This document shows positions 11,782 through 25,413 of a stretch of DNA of 64,000 nt, in pieces. The position numbers and the translations under genes are program-made. The first letter of the stretch is position 1, and the number at the start of each line of letters is the position of its first letter. Source of the stretch: Selaginella moellendorffii. Its lineage: Eukaryota; Plantae; Lycopodiophyta. The notes below the pieces were generated by a model, which saw only the letters and a list, made by a program, of their open reading frames with translations, searched no databases and was not told the origin of the DNA. The stretch is taken from contig NW_003314287.1 of the NCBI RefSeq assembly GCF_000143415.4, positions 1,014,203-1,078,202 on the forward strand, in the 5' to 3' direction.

Positions 11782-14700
11782 TTAGCTCGATGTTTGCTGC
11801 TGTAGCTCGATTTCTCGTGGCAAAGGTGAAGACTTTCGCCTGGAAATAATCTCTGCCTCGCGAGCAATGTCTATGTCCGAAGCCCACCACCGCTGCTTGA
11901 CGACTTTCACCATGAATCGAGGCAGCAAAGCCAAGCACATAATGAGCAACAGATCAAACCAGTACTTTGCTGTTCCTACGGCGTGATGAATGACCCTGCA
12001 ATAACACAAACAAAACTTCTGATTAACTTCCCGGAAAAACAGACAAACCAATAAAGAAAACAAAAGAAAGAGCGAGAGAGGATCAGCGCATCAGCGTACC
12101 AGTAGTGGTAAATCGAAGTGGCATCTGTCAGCGAGTCCATAATGAAGAGAATGATGTAGGTGATAGCGATCGATCCCCATATTGCCAGATGCATGATCCA
12201 GTTCCACACCTGGACGTCGAGAGCCAGATGTAAATTCACCAAAATGACCACCGCGGCCGTCCATAGTGTTCCCAGGCTCCAAATGTCTATAGTACTCTCT
12301 TTGTATGTGAACCAGGGAACGTAGAAGAGGACCAAACTTTGCCACAGAGTGTCGAGCATTGTCAGCCAGAAGAGGTTTTGGTTGTAAGTCTCGTGGCGGA
12401 GCCCGGAACCGTAGAGTGTTGGCAAGCGGAGGAGAGTTTTGTGGCTCAAGTCCTTGTCAAAAATTGCCACCACTATGGTTGGAACCGACGTGAACAGGAG
12501 CGAGTAGAAGATGAGATTTAGATCGACGAGAGCGGACTGTGAGGAGAATGCTGTATACAAAATATACCTGGAAGAAAAAATGTTAGATCTTGTCGCTATC
12601 AGTGGGTAGACTTGCTTTCTTACCAAAAGAGCATCATAACGAACACTGCGTTGCGGTAGAAGTTGTATAGAACCATGTATGCCAGTCTTTGATAGTTCCA
12701 GTGGCCGTGTACGAGGAGGAGTTTGTTAAGAAATCTGAATCTTGGCATTGCAAAATCCGATGCCATCACTGCTTGCCGGCCTTCTTGTCCGCTTATACCA
12801 ACGCCTACGTCCGCCATCTGAATCATGGCTACGTCATTCGCACCTAAAGATTAAAGATTAAAGAGAAATTATTCAAGAGATCTCCTAAACAAAGATGATT
12901 ACCATCTCCAATCGACAAAGTCATGGCTTTGTCTTTTCTCTTGATCAGCGACACAATGGCTGCCTTCTGATAAGGAGCGACACGGCAGCACAGAACCGCG
13001 TGGCATGCGACAGCGACCTCGAATAGCTGCAAGATAGTTTTAAGTCACGGGAACAAACAAAACCGCTTCTCGTACCTCTTGATTGAGATCGTCCGAAAGA
13101 GCATGTACGAGACTGGTCCCATCGATTATAAGCGCCAAAGTACTGTCTCGGGCATTCTTTTTGACAGCCTGTGGAGTTACTTGAATGTTTAAAGAGCTAG
13201 AGCTCTTCTTCTTGTCCAAACCCCCAGTTTTTAACTTCGCTGCTTTCAAGGCACTGCGGCAACCTTCCTTGGAGCTCTCGTTGATGATAATTTGATCCAT
13301 GTCATGCGTTAACAACGCGGAGGAGTAGCCTATTGAGATAGCTGTTTCCTGTTTATCACCTGTCAGCACCCATACCCGAATGCCAGCTTCCCTTAGCGAG
13401 GATATGGCTTCAGGAACTCCGTCCTGCAGCTTATCCTCAATACCTGTAGCGCCTATGAGAGTCAATCTGTTCTCTACAAAGGCCGCAGCAGCTTGAAGCA
13501 TCTCCGCACGGTCGTGCAAGGCTGTACTGGCCTCCGAGTACCGGCCCAACCATTTTTCAAACTCTGAACGTCCAAGAACTTTAGAAGCAACCACCAGGGT
13601 TCGCAAGCCATCCTGTGCAAAGTCCTTCAAATGCCTGAGTGTAGCCTGCCGAACGTCTTGCGACTCACTCGAAATGTTGACAATGTTCAGCATATTTGTG
13701 TCCGCACCTTTAACCAGCACCTTGATCGTTTTATCCGGGCACTCGACAACAACTGACATTCGCTTGCGAACGCTGTCGAACTCGTGAATTCCCAGGATCT
13801 CATATCTATTGGAAAAAAATAGAACACACTTAGCAACAGCTCGGGTACGAATAGAGCTCAAAAGGTAGGTACCTTTCAGTAGTTCCTGAATTGCCGATAA
13901 CAATGGATGATGCCGTCCGTTCCATGAGCGTAAAGCCATAAGAACTGGCCGCTGCCACCAAAGCCTGTTCATCCGGAGACTCCCCTTGATACTCTACGAA
14001 GCCAGAAGGTTCTATCTCCGCCGATGCAACTTCCATTTCTAGCTGACCAGAAGACGATTGAGTGACCCACGTAGGGACGACGGTGTTGCATGCCGCCAAT
14101 ACCAGAAAGAATTCTTTCACAGCCTCTGCCTCCGCAGTTCCAGCAGTCAAAATACTCTTCAGATCTGCATTTACTCCTGGTTTTGCTTCTTTTTCTGTGA
14201 GAAAAGAAATTTAAAAACGATTATTTATTCTGAGCACAAAACCATTACCTGAGATCTCGACGTCGCCAGAAGCTTTGGAGCCAGCTTTCGCGTACTTGAC
14301 CCCGCAAATACTCGCAGAGTGAAACTCCATCATGTTCTCTGTCAAAGTCCCAGTTTTATCGGAAAACACGTACTTGATCTGCCCGAGGTCCTCGTTGATA
14401 TTCAAGGCACGGCATTGAAGCCTCGAGTCCGTCTCGACATGCAACATCTCCGTGTCCCTGACCATGAAAAACGTCTGCGCCAGACGAACTAGCTCCATGG
14501 AAATGTAGAGCGAGAGGGGGATCATAATCTGGAAGCTGATCAAGCAGCTCAGAAAGGCGATCACAGCTTCACCGGCAACACCGTAGTACATATACTTGTC
14601 ACCATCATCCGCACCAGATCGCGGAAACTCAGTTCGCTTGTAGTACGGCAGCATATCGAGCTCGTCGTCGCGTCTCGCCACCCACACGCCGGTGCCAACA

Positions 14701-16064
14701 CCCCCGATGAGGCACAAGATGAAGAGAAACAGCGACAGCCACAGCGTCTCCCTGTTCATCTGCTGCTCGAGCTTGCTTCTCTTGGACTGAGCACCCGAGC
14801 TGTTAAGCATTGCCTTGGTCTCCTTCCCTGTATAGACAGCAACTCCCACGATCCACTGCGTGTTCTTGAGCTCGCAACCCCTGAGAACTATGTTGTTTGG
14901 TCCCAGCGGAAGACGAGTCCCTGTCGGATTATCCGTGTCCAGATCTAAGTACGCCTTAAACTCGTAAATATTCCGGTTGGGATGCTCGCAGTGCACCACC
15001 CCGTTAATCGGTTGGTCCTCGGGATGCCTCAAGAGCGTCTCCTGGTGAGCATACCTCGTCTTGAGATTCGACTCTCCATCCAGGTTGGTCGTTTGGACGT
15101 ACGCCACCCCGCTGGGATCGCTCGTCCCCAGCAAAACCAAGTCGCACGGCATCGTCTCATTGGCAAACACCTTGAGCAGCTCGCCAACTTGGATCTTCTT
15201 CCACTTCTTGGCCCGAAACTCCGACTCCTGGAAGACGTGAGCCAGGCGGTTGTTCTCGACGAGGTCCGACTTGTGACGAGCCCAATCCTCGTAGCCATCT
15301 TTCACGGCCGTGACGAAGAGCACGAAAGCCAGTGGGATGATCGACGCTGTCCGACCGAAAACGGCGAGCTGCGGGATCTGGTTGAGCACCGCGATGACGA
15401 GAAAGTAGACGTAGGCCAGGCGACGAAACTGCTCGAAGAGGTTCCGCGGAAGAAAAGAGTACCAGGTGTATTTGCTCGTCCGCACCCTGTTGCCTGCCAT
15501 CTCATAATTCTCGTTGGTCCGGCCGGGATCGTTGACGTAAATCACTCGCTGGGCCGCCTCCTCGATCTTCCCGCTGACTGGAAGAATCGGCAAACTCGCT
15601 GATGGATTCCTCGAGATCCCCGCGCGGTGCGAAGGCGCTCGCGTCGATCGGAAGCTGGGGTCCTTCCTCAGCCGGGTGTTAGCGTTGCTGCTAGCCTGAG
15701 AGAGGCGATTGCTCGTCGAGGAAATCTCCTGGGAGCTGGCAGAGCGGGAGTGAGCGATGATCCCTGAAGAGGTGGACTCGATCGAAGACGGCCGTGCGGA
15801 GGAGTGGTGCTGGAGCGACCTGGAGCGCAGCATTTCCGGCTGTGGATTGGGAGGAAGAGGCGCTCGATGATCGGTCGTGCTTGAGACGTGGGTGTGCTGG
15901 GATTTCGAATGAGGCAGCCGCGGCGGCGGCGGCGGCGGCGGCCATCTCTCGCTGGAATTTCGAGACGGTTCCACTCCTTGCGACGAATCTGCCGCTGCCG
16001 ACGCTGTCGCTGGATCATCGGTCGGGCTTGGAAGTGGCGACGGCGATAATAAATGCCGAGACAT
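11782..16064 (-). CDS. ALA1: P4-type phospholipid-transporting ATPase (flippase), ALA1-like
   Basis: '[22 protein letters not shown]', 'NLDGESNLK', '[10 protein letters not shown]', phosphorylation site 'DKTGTLT', 'QGESPDE', 'KGAD', 'TGDK', 'GDGAND', 'QAVMASDF'. The long Ser/Pro-rich N-terminus and '[13 protein letters not shown]' are typical of the ALA1 clade. Confidence 0.93.
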
Positions 16065-16582
16065 AGAACAAAGAACTAACCTCCCTCTCTAGCGCGGAGA
16101 ATGAGAAGGATGAATCGCTCCTCCCGGCGGCTGGAGTGGAATCGCTGCTGCTGCCGCTTCGATAATCTTCGGCCACGCATCAGATCGGCGCAACACTCGT
16201 CGCGAAGTCAACAGTGAACGCCCAATCCTGTCCACATCCACCACCTATACAAAGAATTTGTCGCAGAAAGCAGCAGGCATTGAGAAATCCCGAGCTTTAA
16301 TCTAGAATGCGCTCGAATCGAGACAGCTCCTGCTGGCCAGTGGCGAGGAATCCTCCCAAACCCTATCTCTACTCTATAGTCGCGCAAGAACCCTAATTTC
16401 CAACAAGAGAAATTCAATACACGCCACGTTTGACGGCCACCCCATTCAAACCGAAGCTTCACACACGGAGAAGGGTGGACGCTTCCCCGGTCAAAGGGAA
16501 ATCGGATGCCGGCTACTGGAATTTAAAAGTGCATATTCTAGCGTATATTCTTTGGGTTCGCGCGAAATGCGAGACGAGTTCT

Positions 16583-19500
16583 CTAGCGCCCAACGGGATC
16601 GCAAATCTCTCTCTTCCTGGCGCCGCCGCTCATCAGCCTGGATCCTACGAGGTCAGCTATAAGATCCTCCATCACCGATCGAAAGATCATCCTCTCCAAA
16701 TCCACTCCAATTTCGATGCTATCGCTTGTCAAGGCCCTCCACTTCCCGCCCTCTGTGCTCATGTCCACCTCTACGAGCTCGTCGACCATCCCCAGCGTCA
16801 TCTCTCGCCACGAGAGGATGAAGCTGCTGACTTCGGCCACCAGATCCTCGCCGAGCGGTCTCTGGGCGATCGAGCTGCTGCTGCTGCTTGCTAAGATGAC
16901 GCTGCTGCTGCTTGCGATGATCGAGCTCGCGCGGTTGTCGTCCCGGAATGGATCCAGCACCAGGTCCAGAGCCTCGGCGATGCACTCGTGCATGAGCTTG
17001 TGGCACGATCCGGGAGCTTCCAAGCACCGGACTTGAGAGGAGTCACTGCTCGACACGAATTCCACCATTCCCTGCTGCTCCTGCTGGATTGCTAGCTGCC
17101 TGTCGAGCCTCTGGAAAATTTCTTCCGTGCATGGGACCGTCGACGGCGTCTCGTCTACTTCCTCGCTGGTAAAGCCTGATGCTACCAGAACTTCTCTAAC
17201 ATAGAACTCTATCTCCTGCCCCTCGCAGCTCGCTGCCTCTTCTACTCCGACCTCTGGAAAATCTGGGAAGCAGCTCGTAACGCTGCTGTAACTTTCTAAG
17301 TCTAGATTTGTCTTGCAATCGCTGATGCTGCCGACGAGAACTTGATGGTTGCTTCCCGTGAAAATACTGTCAGCATCAGACTCCAAAACACGCTTGCTAT
17401 CTGTGATACGATATTAAGACTTGAAATAAGAGAATCAAAGCTGTTGCTTACCTTCATCGAGTTCCTCGCAGCTAGTGGTTACTTCTGATGGAAAAGGCGA
17501 TTGCAAAGCCGAAAAGTCCAGCACAGAAACTGGACTCGGTTGTCCACCATCAACTTCGGCAGTACCTGTTTTCGAATTAGCTTCAGCATCCGAAGAAGGA
17601 AGGGCCAAAGGAGTCGCTGTTGTGTGCTTCTCGTCATCTTCGAACTGAAAAAGAATTATAAACTGTGAGTGAGAGTGACTGACAAGCCACAGAAAAAAAA
17701 GAGTACCTGAAGAACTTTGCAGGGAAGGTCCTCCGTTTGATCGATCTCGAAGCGGCTCTGGGGCTCGATAGGCGACAGCTCCATATCAATAACGTTGCCA
17801 TCGTCTTCATTCGCAACTGGTACTTCTTCGTTCATTTCGAAAGACGAACTCTTTTTGCCACTCAGCGGACTGTCACCTATGCTCGTCTTGCCAAGAGATT
17901 TAGACAGAATAGTCTTGAGAATTTCCTCCAAGCTCTTGTCTGCGATCATGTCTGGCTCAAAATGCATCCTTTCAACTGCCTGAACCTTCTCTGGAGATAC
18001 ATCAAGCACTGGTTCCTCCAGAACGTTGTCTTCTTGCAGATGCATTCGATTCCAATCCTTAGTCACGTCCAAGGAAACCACATCCCGCTTAGACGTCTCT
18101 TTGAGATTTCGTGCGGGGCTTGATCCACCGGATCTCGTCTGCCTCTCGTATGCATGCTGAATGTCATCGTTGCTGCTTCTTTGCTGCTTTGGACATTCCA
18201 TCGCCTTCTTCTTGGAGCTTGACACTGTTTCTGCTTTGTTTAGTGGCTTCCGTCGGAGTAACGATTTCATCAACGAGTTGTCGTTGTTCTTGTTTGGTTG
18301 TGGCTTTACGCTTTCTTCATCCTTACTAGACGACAGTTTCTTTGATGCTTGTTTCTCGCCTACGCTGCTTCTGCTGTTGTTGTTAGTCTTGCTGGTCTCT
18401 CCATTAGGACTGGAGCTCTTTGGCTGCTTCCGGGTCTTAAACAGCCGATCGTAGCTGAGAAGGCTGCTGCTCTTACCATCCTTCTCTTCCTGCGCATTGC
18501 GTATTTGCCTTGATGTTTTGCTCTTTTGTTGTTCCTGCGGCTGTTCCTGAAGGTTTCCACGTTGAACTTGTGCCGTTCTTCCTTGATCAAGCGGCGGCTT
18601 CCTTGACTTTTGAGCGCCAACTTCTGTGGACGGCTCTTGAAGACTGATCGGCCCCTGACGCTTCTCCCTCTTCTCCCTCTTCAACCGAACTTCCTTCCCA
18701 CCGCTTACTGGAGTTGTCGTTGAGGAAACAGAGCTTTTACCACCACTATGGCTACTCTCCTGTTGAGACGTAGGTTGTAAAGGCTGCGGGGAGCTCTGTA
18801 CTTCTTCCCTCACGCTCTTACTACGAAAAAGCGATCCCCTGGAAGGTGGTGTTGGGGGCTGCTCTTCCTTAACGCTTCCGCTTCTTGAAAGTTTTGGAGG
18901 ACCAACAACCTTTTGAAGTTTTGCCGCAGAGCTGCTAACAATAATCCGGTTCTCCTTGCTACTCGAGGCCTGTGAATCGCTCAGCGAGTCATCATCACCG
19001 TCCTCTTGAACCTCGCACGCTGTAACAACTTCTTCCAGCCTGGGAGACTGTTGCTGTGGCTTACTTGACGTACTTTTCGTAGGAGTACCTCTGTCGGCAG
19101 CTTTGCTTCCACTTTTGCTACTACACTTGGTCTTGCAAGGTAACAGTGAACCCGGGCCTCTCGTCAACCCGCTACTTCTTTGGACCTCCTGCTGTTCTTT
19201 GGGCTTCTGTTGTTGTGGAGCCTGTTTATTGGTTTTCGGCAAACTTTTTCTCAACTCGGCGTAAACTCGATTGCCTCCACTTTTCGCAGCTGAACTGGAA
19301 TTCTCAATGGCACCTGGAGCGTTTTCCAGCAACGGACGCGAACGACTGGCTTGAATCCCTGGTTCAAGAATTCTAGCAGCGGCCCCCATAAGTAGAGCAG
19401 TCCTCCTGTGGCTGTTCTGACTTTTTATCGGTGGGGCTACCTTGTTACTGCTCTTTGAAGGTGACAAGATAGACGCAAATGGAATTCCTGACTTTTTCGG

Positions 19501-20270
19501 CGACAACGGAAGCTTCGCAAACTTCTGCATGGGATCTTGATCTTTCCTTGCGTTCTTCGGCATTTTTTCTTCCACCCGCACCTTGTTTCCTGGTGAAGAT
19601 TCCATCTCCCTTCTAATTTTCCTTAAATCATCTGGCCGCTGTTGAAGAAGATCCTCCATCATTTGAAGTTCCTGATACTGTTGCATTATTCTGTGTTTCT
19701 CCTGACTCTGCTGCTTGAAAAATGTCTCTTTCGTTTGAACCTCGGCCTCGGGAAGGGATTCCAAACCCATGAGACGTGCAACAATTCCTGGCTTCTTGCT
19801 TGATCCATACTCAGACGATTTCTCAGAACCGAACTCGGACTGCGACTCGCTGTTTGAATGCACCCCTCGGTTCTCGTCGGCTATCTGAAAGAACAGTTTG
19901 AATCATTTTTAAAACCACTAAAGGCAGGCACGGAGCACGGAGAGACATACCAGCAAGAGCTTTGCCATTGGAAGCTTTTCGTCGTTGAACTTATTGCTCG
20001 GAGGCCTCTCTGTAACGAAACCCGAAAAACAAAAAGAAAAAGAAAAGAAAAACAAAACATTAAAATCAAACTCAGAATCGCGACATTGAGATCTGCTTGA
20101 GTTTGAAACGAACCTGCTGGAAGCGACTTTGTGGAGAACAGATGTTTCCCAGAGAGCCTCCTGTTCCAATCGAAGAGCTGAAAAAACACACCGACGCATC
20201 CCCCGACTTTGGGAGGCTTCCCATCTGTATTTGAAAGGCTGGAGAGCAGCCTCCCAGGCGTATCGGTCAT
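16583..20270 (-). CDS. TON1-recruiting-motif (TRM/LONGIFOLIA family) protein with VARLMGL and DUF4378 domains
   Basis: N-terminal 'GGCVGVFFQLFDWNRR'; 'KKPGIVARLMGLESLP'; 'QPSPVSVLD' (about 17520-17545); C-terminal 'IEIGVDLERMIFRSVMEDLIADL'. Confidence 0.88.
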
Positions 20271-22250
20271 CTCCTGGCCGAATCGATCTCGGAACGCCTA
20301 AAACACCCCCTGCTCTCGAACTGCTGTTCCTGATCCTCCACACTCAATCTTCGCCCAAATCTGGTTCCACAACCATCTTCGTCTGTCCCTGCTCCCAATG
20401 TAAAAAGCCAGACAATGTCCCTACTACTTTCCCTCTTTGCGACTCGCGGAAAAACCCAGGCAGACACACACAAGGGAGGGAGCTGTGCAAGCGGCCAAAG
20501 TCCCGCAACAGCTCAAACGCAAAGCGACAGGATACAGACAGACAGCAGACACAAAATGCCCAATCCGTTTTCCAAATGCCAGAAGGAAGAAAAGGAAGAT
20601 ACTCAAAGAGAAGACGAAGAGCAAAGAAGCAGCCGGCAAGGAAAGAATGGCACGACGCTAGAGCTAAAGCTGTGCTTTGTTGGCTCTAAGAACAAAACAG
20701 CAAACGGTATGACGGCTTTCCACAATCAAGCAGCCAGAAAAGGGACAATGCAGGAACAAATGCAGCGCTGGAAAGCCTGCTCCGCCCTCTTGCCCGCCTG
20801 CATTCCTCCCAGACACCGAGAGCGACGCATCACCCTACTCGCAGCTCATGAAAATCACCCGCTCAAACCGATCAAACGCATGCGTCACACAAGCACACAA
20901 GTAGAAAGTCCCAAAAACCACCCCTCTCGCAGGAAAGCCCCGGATCTCCAGCCGCCGGGGCTTGGATCGCCACTCCTGGCCGCGATTCAGCGCAGACCGA
21001 GCGGCGCAGCAAGAATCTCGACGCCTGACTGCCCTAGCCTTACGCTGAAGCGCGATCGATCGCCGATGCCGGTGGCGAGGAGATCTTTTTCCATGGCGGT
21101 GGCCTGATCGCTCCTCCACGCGCTCCTCCTCCTAGCCTAGGTCACCGACGAAGAAGCCCGGAGCGCTGTTTGATTCCCATTTCCATCCCTCCTGTGGGGC
21201 GAACTTCGAGGAAGCCCATGAAAGATTCAAAATCGAAGAGGAGGCCTGTTTAAGACTTAATCAAGAGATTAAACAACACAAGCCCGGTTTAGGACATAAG
21301 CAAAGGGCACAAAGCAAAGCCCTACTTTAGCTAAATCTGGTGGAGCCGCCAGGTTTAGCGTTACCTCGATGTCGCGGCATTGCTTGTTTGCTTCCCGTGC
21401 CTGGGGGAAGCCAGCTGGCCAAACACCAGCCAAAAAGGAGACGAATATACCACGGTACGTGCATGCTGTGTCAACCACGTAAAAAACGAATAATCGGCCT
21501 TTGGTCTTTATGGCCGCTTCTAGTGGTGTCACGCACACACGGTACGGACGCGGGGTCCCCCCAAATCAACCTTGCGTGAAGTAAAAATGGCCGTTCTTAC
21601 AAGAATCAAAAATTTTGAAAAGGAGAGATCTATGTTACAGTTACTGGCAGGAGGGTTGAGAAATTCAATTCCACCACCTTATCTCGAGTTAAATATTCGT
21701 ATGACTCTTTGTTTTTCTAGGGCAACAGGGGGAGGAGTCAGGGTGGCATAATGGCTGGCTGGCCCCCCTGACTGACTGCACAGAACTCATGCTGGAATCA
21801 TCCTCTTCTAGATGGCAAGCTTCTCAATGTATCAACTAAAACATCTGTATTTAAGAAAAAGAGAGATCTTTTAGATGAAGATATTCTCAATTCATGCCCA
21901 TCTCATGTGCTCAACAGGAGCTACTTTTGCCCTGAAAGTGACTTGCAAATCCACCCTAATCATTCCATGTGGCCACCATTGTTTTCGCATGATCTTAACT
22001 TCATGCCGTTGAGTCGATCTTACTTTACCCTTGGAAAGAAATCTCTATGCTTTTTTTTTTCTGGATTCCACGAGGTAGTGGCGACTTAAAACTCGGGAGG
22101 AGGAGCTCTCGATTTCCCTGCACTAAACAAGTTAAGGTGTTATTTTATTTTATAAAATAGAGTGTTCTTGAGAAACTCGTACCTCCTCCTCCCGGAGTGT
22201 TCTTCTCGAGGAGCTTTGACTCGCCACGCCACTCCTGACTCGTGTTGGAT

Positions 22251-24473
22251 TCAGTCAAGGATTCCAGCTAGTCCCATCTTCTTGATGGTGAGCCTGGGTA
22301 TTGCGGGAGCGCTGGAGAATCCTAGGCTCGCCCAGTATTTCCTTGAGTACTCCACCACCGTGTGCTTGTCGATCGACAGAGACTTAGCCGTGGTGTAATA
22401 TCCCAGCCACGATTGGTACGCCCTGGTTCCAATCGTTTGGTCGATGTCTGAGATCACTGACCTTAGCTGCAAGAGTGAGAGCGAAGGACTCGGCGTTTGT
22501 AAATTTCAAAACTTCTAAAGTTTTACGTACCTTCTTCGACAAATCCAAAACTTTTGGTGTCTCCATTCGCCCTATTGATATGTCCTTCAGCTTTCTCAGG
22601 AAAGGCTCTTCCCAAGGGAGTAGAATCAAAACTCCCTGCCCCTCCTTTCCTGCACGGCCAGTTCGTCCAAGGCGATGGATATACTGCTCCCGAGCTGCTG
22701 GAACTCCAATCTGGAAGAATGACATGTCAACTCTCGTCGCCTTGAAAACTTGTCATCCCAAACCTGAACCACCAAGGTAACGTCCGGATAATCAATCCCT
22801 CGAGCGGAGACATCCGACGTAAACATAATGAGTCCGCCTTTGCAATTACGAAACTCGTCAGATACGCGAGTGCGATACGTTTGTGTCTTGCGCGAATGTA
22901 TTTCTCGTATGTTAAAACCCAGCTTCTGATAGAGTGCAGCCATGTAAGCTGTTATGTTTGCAGTAGTGCAAAACACCAGAACCTGAGAATCGAGTTAGCA
23001 GTCAATCATGATTTTGAAATGGACGCATCACCTTGTATTTCGGTTCCACAGCGATGTGTTCTTTCAGAATTGAGTATAACACCGCAAACTGACTTTCTTG
23101 TGGAACGACAGCATACTTCTGGTTTACCTGTTTGACAGAAGCACACAAATATTCAGGCGTGAGCGATAGAAAACAAAGCATACCATTGCGTGTGTTTCAG
23201 TGTCCTGTCCGACGGTATCAACGAACTTATGATCCGGCTTCAAAGCCAACTGAGAGATGCTATGCACCTGTGGAACAAAGCATAGTAAAAAAACCATGGT
23301 GAAACGTGGAGATAAAATACTTCTTTGGGAATGGTTGCCGAGAAGAGAAGCGTTTGACGTTTTTTTGGAAGAGCTTTTAGGATCTCGGTGAGATTTTGAC
23401 GGAATCCCATGTCCAGCAAGGTGTCTGCTTCGTCAAGAATAAGGATTTTCACGGATTTCAACTGATCGGCAAAGCCTCTCGCATTTTGTATGTGATCTAG
23501 TAGCCTTCCCGGTGTGCCAACCAAAATCTGGAAAGCGGCAAAATGTTGTCAGAAACCACAAAGCGTATTTGCATTTACCTGGCAAGGTTGGAGCTTTATC
23601 TTCTTGGCTTCCATGACAGAGCTGTTCCCACCTATAGCAGTCTGAGCTCCCAGTTCATTGTGGAATTTCATCAAGGTTTGAGCCTCAACAGCCGCTTGCA
23701 TCGCTAGTTCTCTTGTCGGACAGATGACAAGAGCGCGAATGGGATTCTCATGATAAGTTTGCGCATTCTTGCTCGCCAGAATGGTCTCAATAGTCGGAAG
23801 CTACATATACACACAGTTCTATAAGAAAGAAAACCGAAACCGCACAATAGCAAGTACGAACCAAGAACGCAATCGTCTTCCCCGTGCCCGTTTTTGCCTT
23901 GGCCAGAACATCCTCGCCTACACCCAAGTAAAAGAAACCATGATCTAGAAAACCAGAGAAAGAACTAATACAAGGCAGACCTTTGAGAATCAATGGTAAA
24001 GTCGCTTCTTGCACCATTGTCATCACCTCGTAGCCCAGCACATTCTTAATCGCCTTGAGCGTGAGAGCATGAACTTCAAACTGATCAAATCTGGGAAGAA
24101 ACCCAGAAAATATCAAGCCACAGAAGAAGACTTAGTCCGAAACTCACCGTGAATTCGATAGATGAGAGTTCTTGCCATTGTCCACAGGAATGCTCTCCTG
24201 GCTTGAAAGAGGAGGCGCCGGAGATGGAGGCGCTAGCGACGTTGATGGAGGCGCGAGCGCATCCGCTACGCTCACCTCCTTCTTTCTCCTGAGGCGCCGG
24301 GCCGCTCGCTCGTCCTGGTCGACGACAGCAGCCGCGGCAATCGAAAACCCACGCGCATTTACCCTGGATTTCTTCGCTCCAGCTCCAAATGCCGCCATTC
24401 CAGCACTGCTAATGGCACCAAGCGGCTGCGCGCGCTTGAGCCCCATGGCTCCAGCTAGGCGCACTAGCTCCAT
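22251..24473 (-). CDS. DEAD-box RNA helicase of the RH25/RH26/RH31 (Mss116-like) group, with probable organellar transit peptide
   Basis: Q motif '[14 protein letters not shown]'; '[10 protein letters not shown]', 'PTRELA', 'TPGRLLDH', 'DEAD', 'SAT', '[10 protein letters not shown]', '[10 protein letters not shown]'; Ala/Arg-rich N-terminus. Confidence 0.92.
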
Positions 24474-24501
24474 GGATAGAAAAATGGGAGGAGCCTACCT
24501 A

Positions 24502-24517
24502 AAACCCTAAACCCTAG
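24502..24517. promoter_or_regulatory. Tandem telo-boxes (AAACCCTA x2) upstream of the helicase start
   Basis: 'aaaccctaaaccctag' about 30-45 nt upstream of the minus-strand ATG. Telo-boxes are typical of plant translation/RNA-processing gene promoters. Confidence 0.6.
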
Positions 24518-24575
24518 CCGCGCAATAAACACAGAACACACAAAGTTCTTCAAAGAAAATTTGGGGACAAATCGA

Positions 24576-25049
24576 TCAGCCAGGGCCGACCTTTGGAATG
24601 TCGTAGTGCTCGCTCAAATTCGCGAGGTACTGATTAAACTCCTCCACTCTTTGCCTGTGCGATTTCGAGGCCATCTTCGCCAGTCTCGTCTCCTCGAGCT
24701 TGGCCTTCTGCTCGTGATACCTCTTCTCCGCTGGGGTTCGATGATCTTCCACCACCGCCGGCATCATCCGCCCCTCCTCCTCCTCCTCCTCGTCGCCGCC
24801 CAGACTTCTCCGCTGCTGCTGCTGCTGCTGCTGCTGCCGCTGGCGATTGTAGAGATCTTGGCGATCTTGGTCTTCTCCCTCCTCTCCCTCCCCAGGAGCT
24901 CCATCGCCGCCGCTGCTAACCCCATCGATTACCTCTGTTGGCACATACTCGGATCGCCGAGGCTTCTTCTTCTTCTTCTTGGTGCCGCTCACATCCAGCG
25001 CCCGCCCCTTGAGCTTGAGCTTCCCCACAACCACGCCATCGTAAGACAT
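24576..25049 (-). CDS. FAM32A: FAM32A / DUF1754 family protein (single exon)
   Basis: 'VVGKLKLKG' at the N-terminus and the family signature 'RTPAE...ASKSHRQRVEEFNQYLANLSEHYDIPKVGPG'. Confidence 0.92.
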   Translation of the reverse strand: MSYDGVVVGKLKLKGRALDVSGTKKKKKKPRRSEYVPTEVIDGVSSGGDGAPGEGEEGEDQDRQDLYNRQRQQQQQQQQRRSLGGDEEEEEEGRMMPAVVEDHRTPAEKRYHEQKAKLEETRLAKMASKSHRQRVEEFNQYLANLSEHYDIPKVGPG

Positions 25050-25078
25050 CTAGCCGAAGAGCCCTAAAATTTGGTCCA

Positions 25079-25147
25079 GGAGCCCTAAAACTTTTGGCAA
25101 AAGGGCTAACGAAGAATATACCGATGGGGAGAAAATGCCTTTATGTT
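25079..25147 (+). repeat. About 70-bp diverged direct repeat, copy 1
   Basis: 'ggagccctaaaacttttggcaaaagggctaacgaagaatataccgatggggagaaaatgcctttatgtt' aligns with 28360-28427. Confidence 0.85.
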
Positions 25148-25413
25148 AGCCCATCCAAGTTCTCTTTACCATCTCAAAAATGTTGCCACCCCACAAAGCA
25201 GGAGTCGACCTTTTTATTACCAAAAGGTAGTCTCTTTTGTTGAAATTTGTTATTCTGGAAGCTTGTGCACATAGGAGCGGCTGACTACAGCAGACTCTTA
25301 CCTTATTGTTTCGTCAAGACACCTAGAGCGTCACATAGATAGCGATTTTACAAGCGTTTTCGCCACTCGGATTGACGCACTTGTGAGTATTGTAATCCGC
25401 GAACGAGCTTGTA

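Noticed and set aside
21726-21780. 'caggggga ggagtcagggtggc...ggcccccctg' resembling a hAT/MITE end
   Set aside because: No convincing partner TIR or TSD was found.
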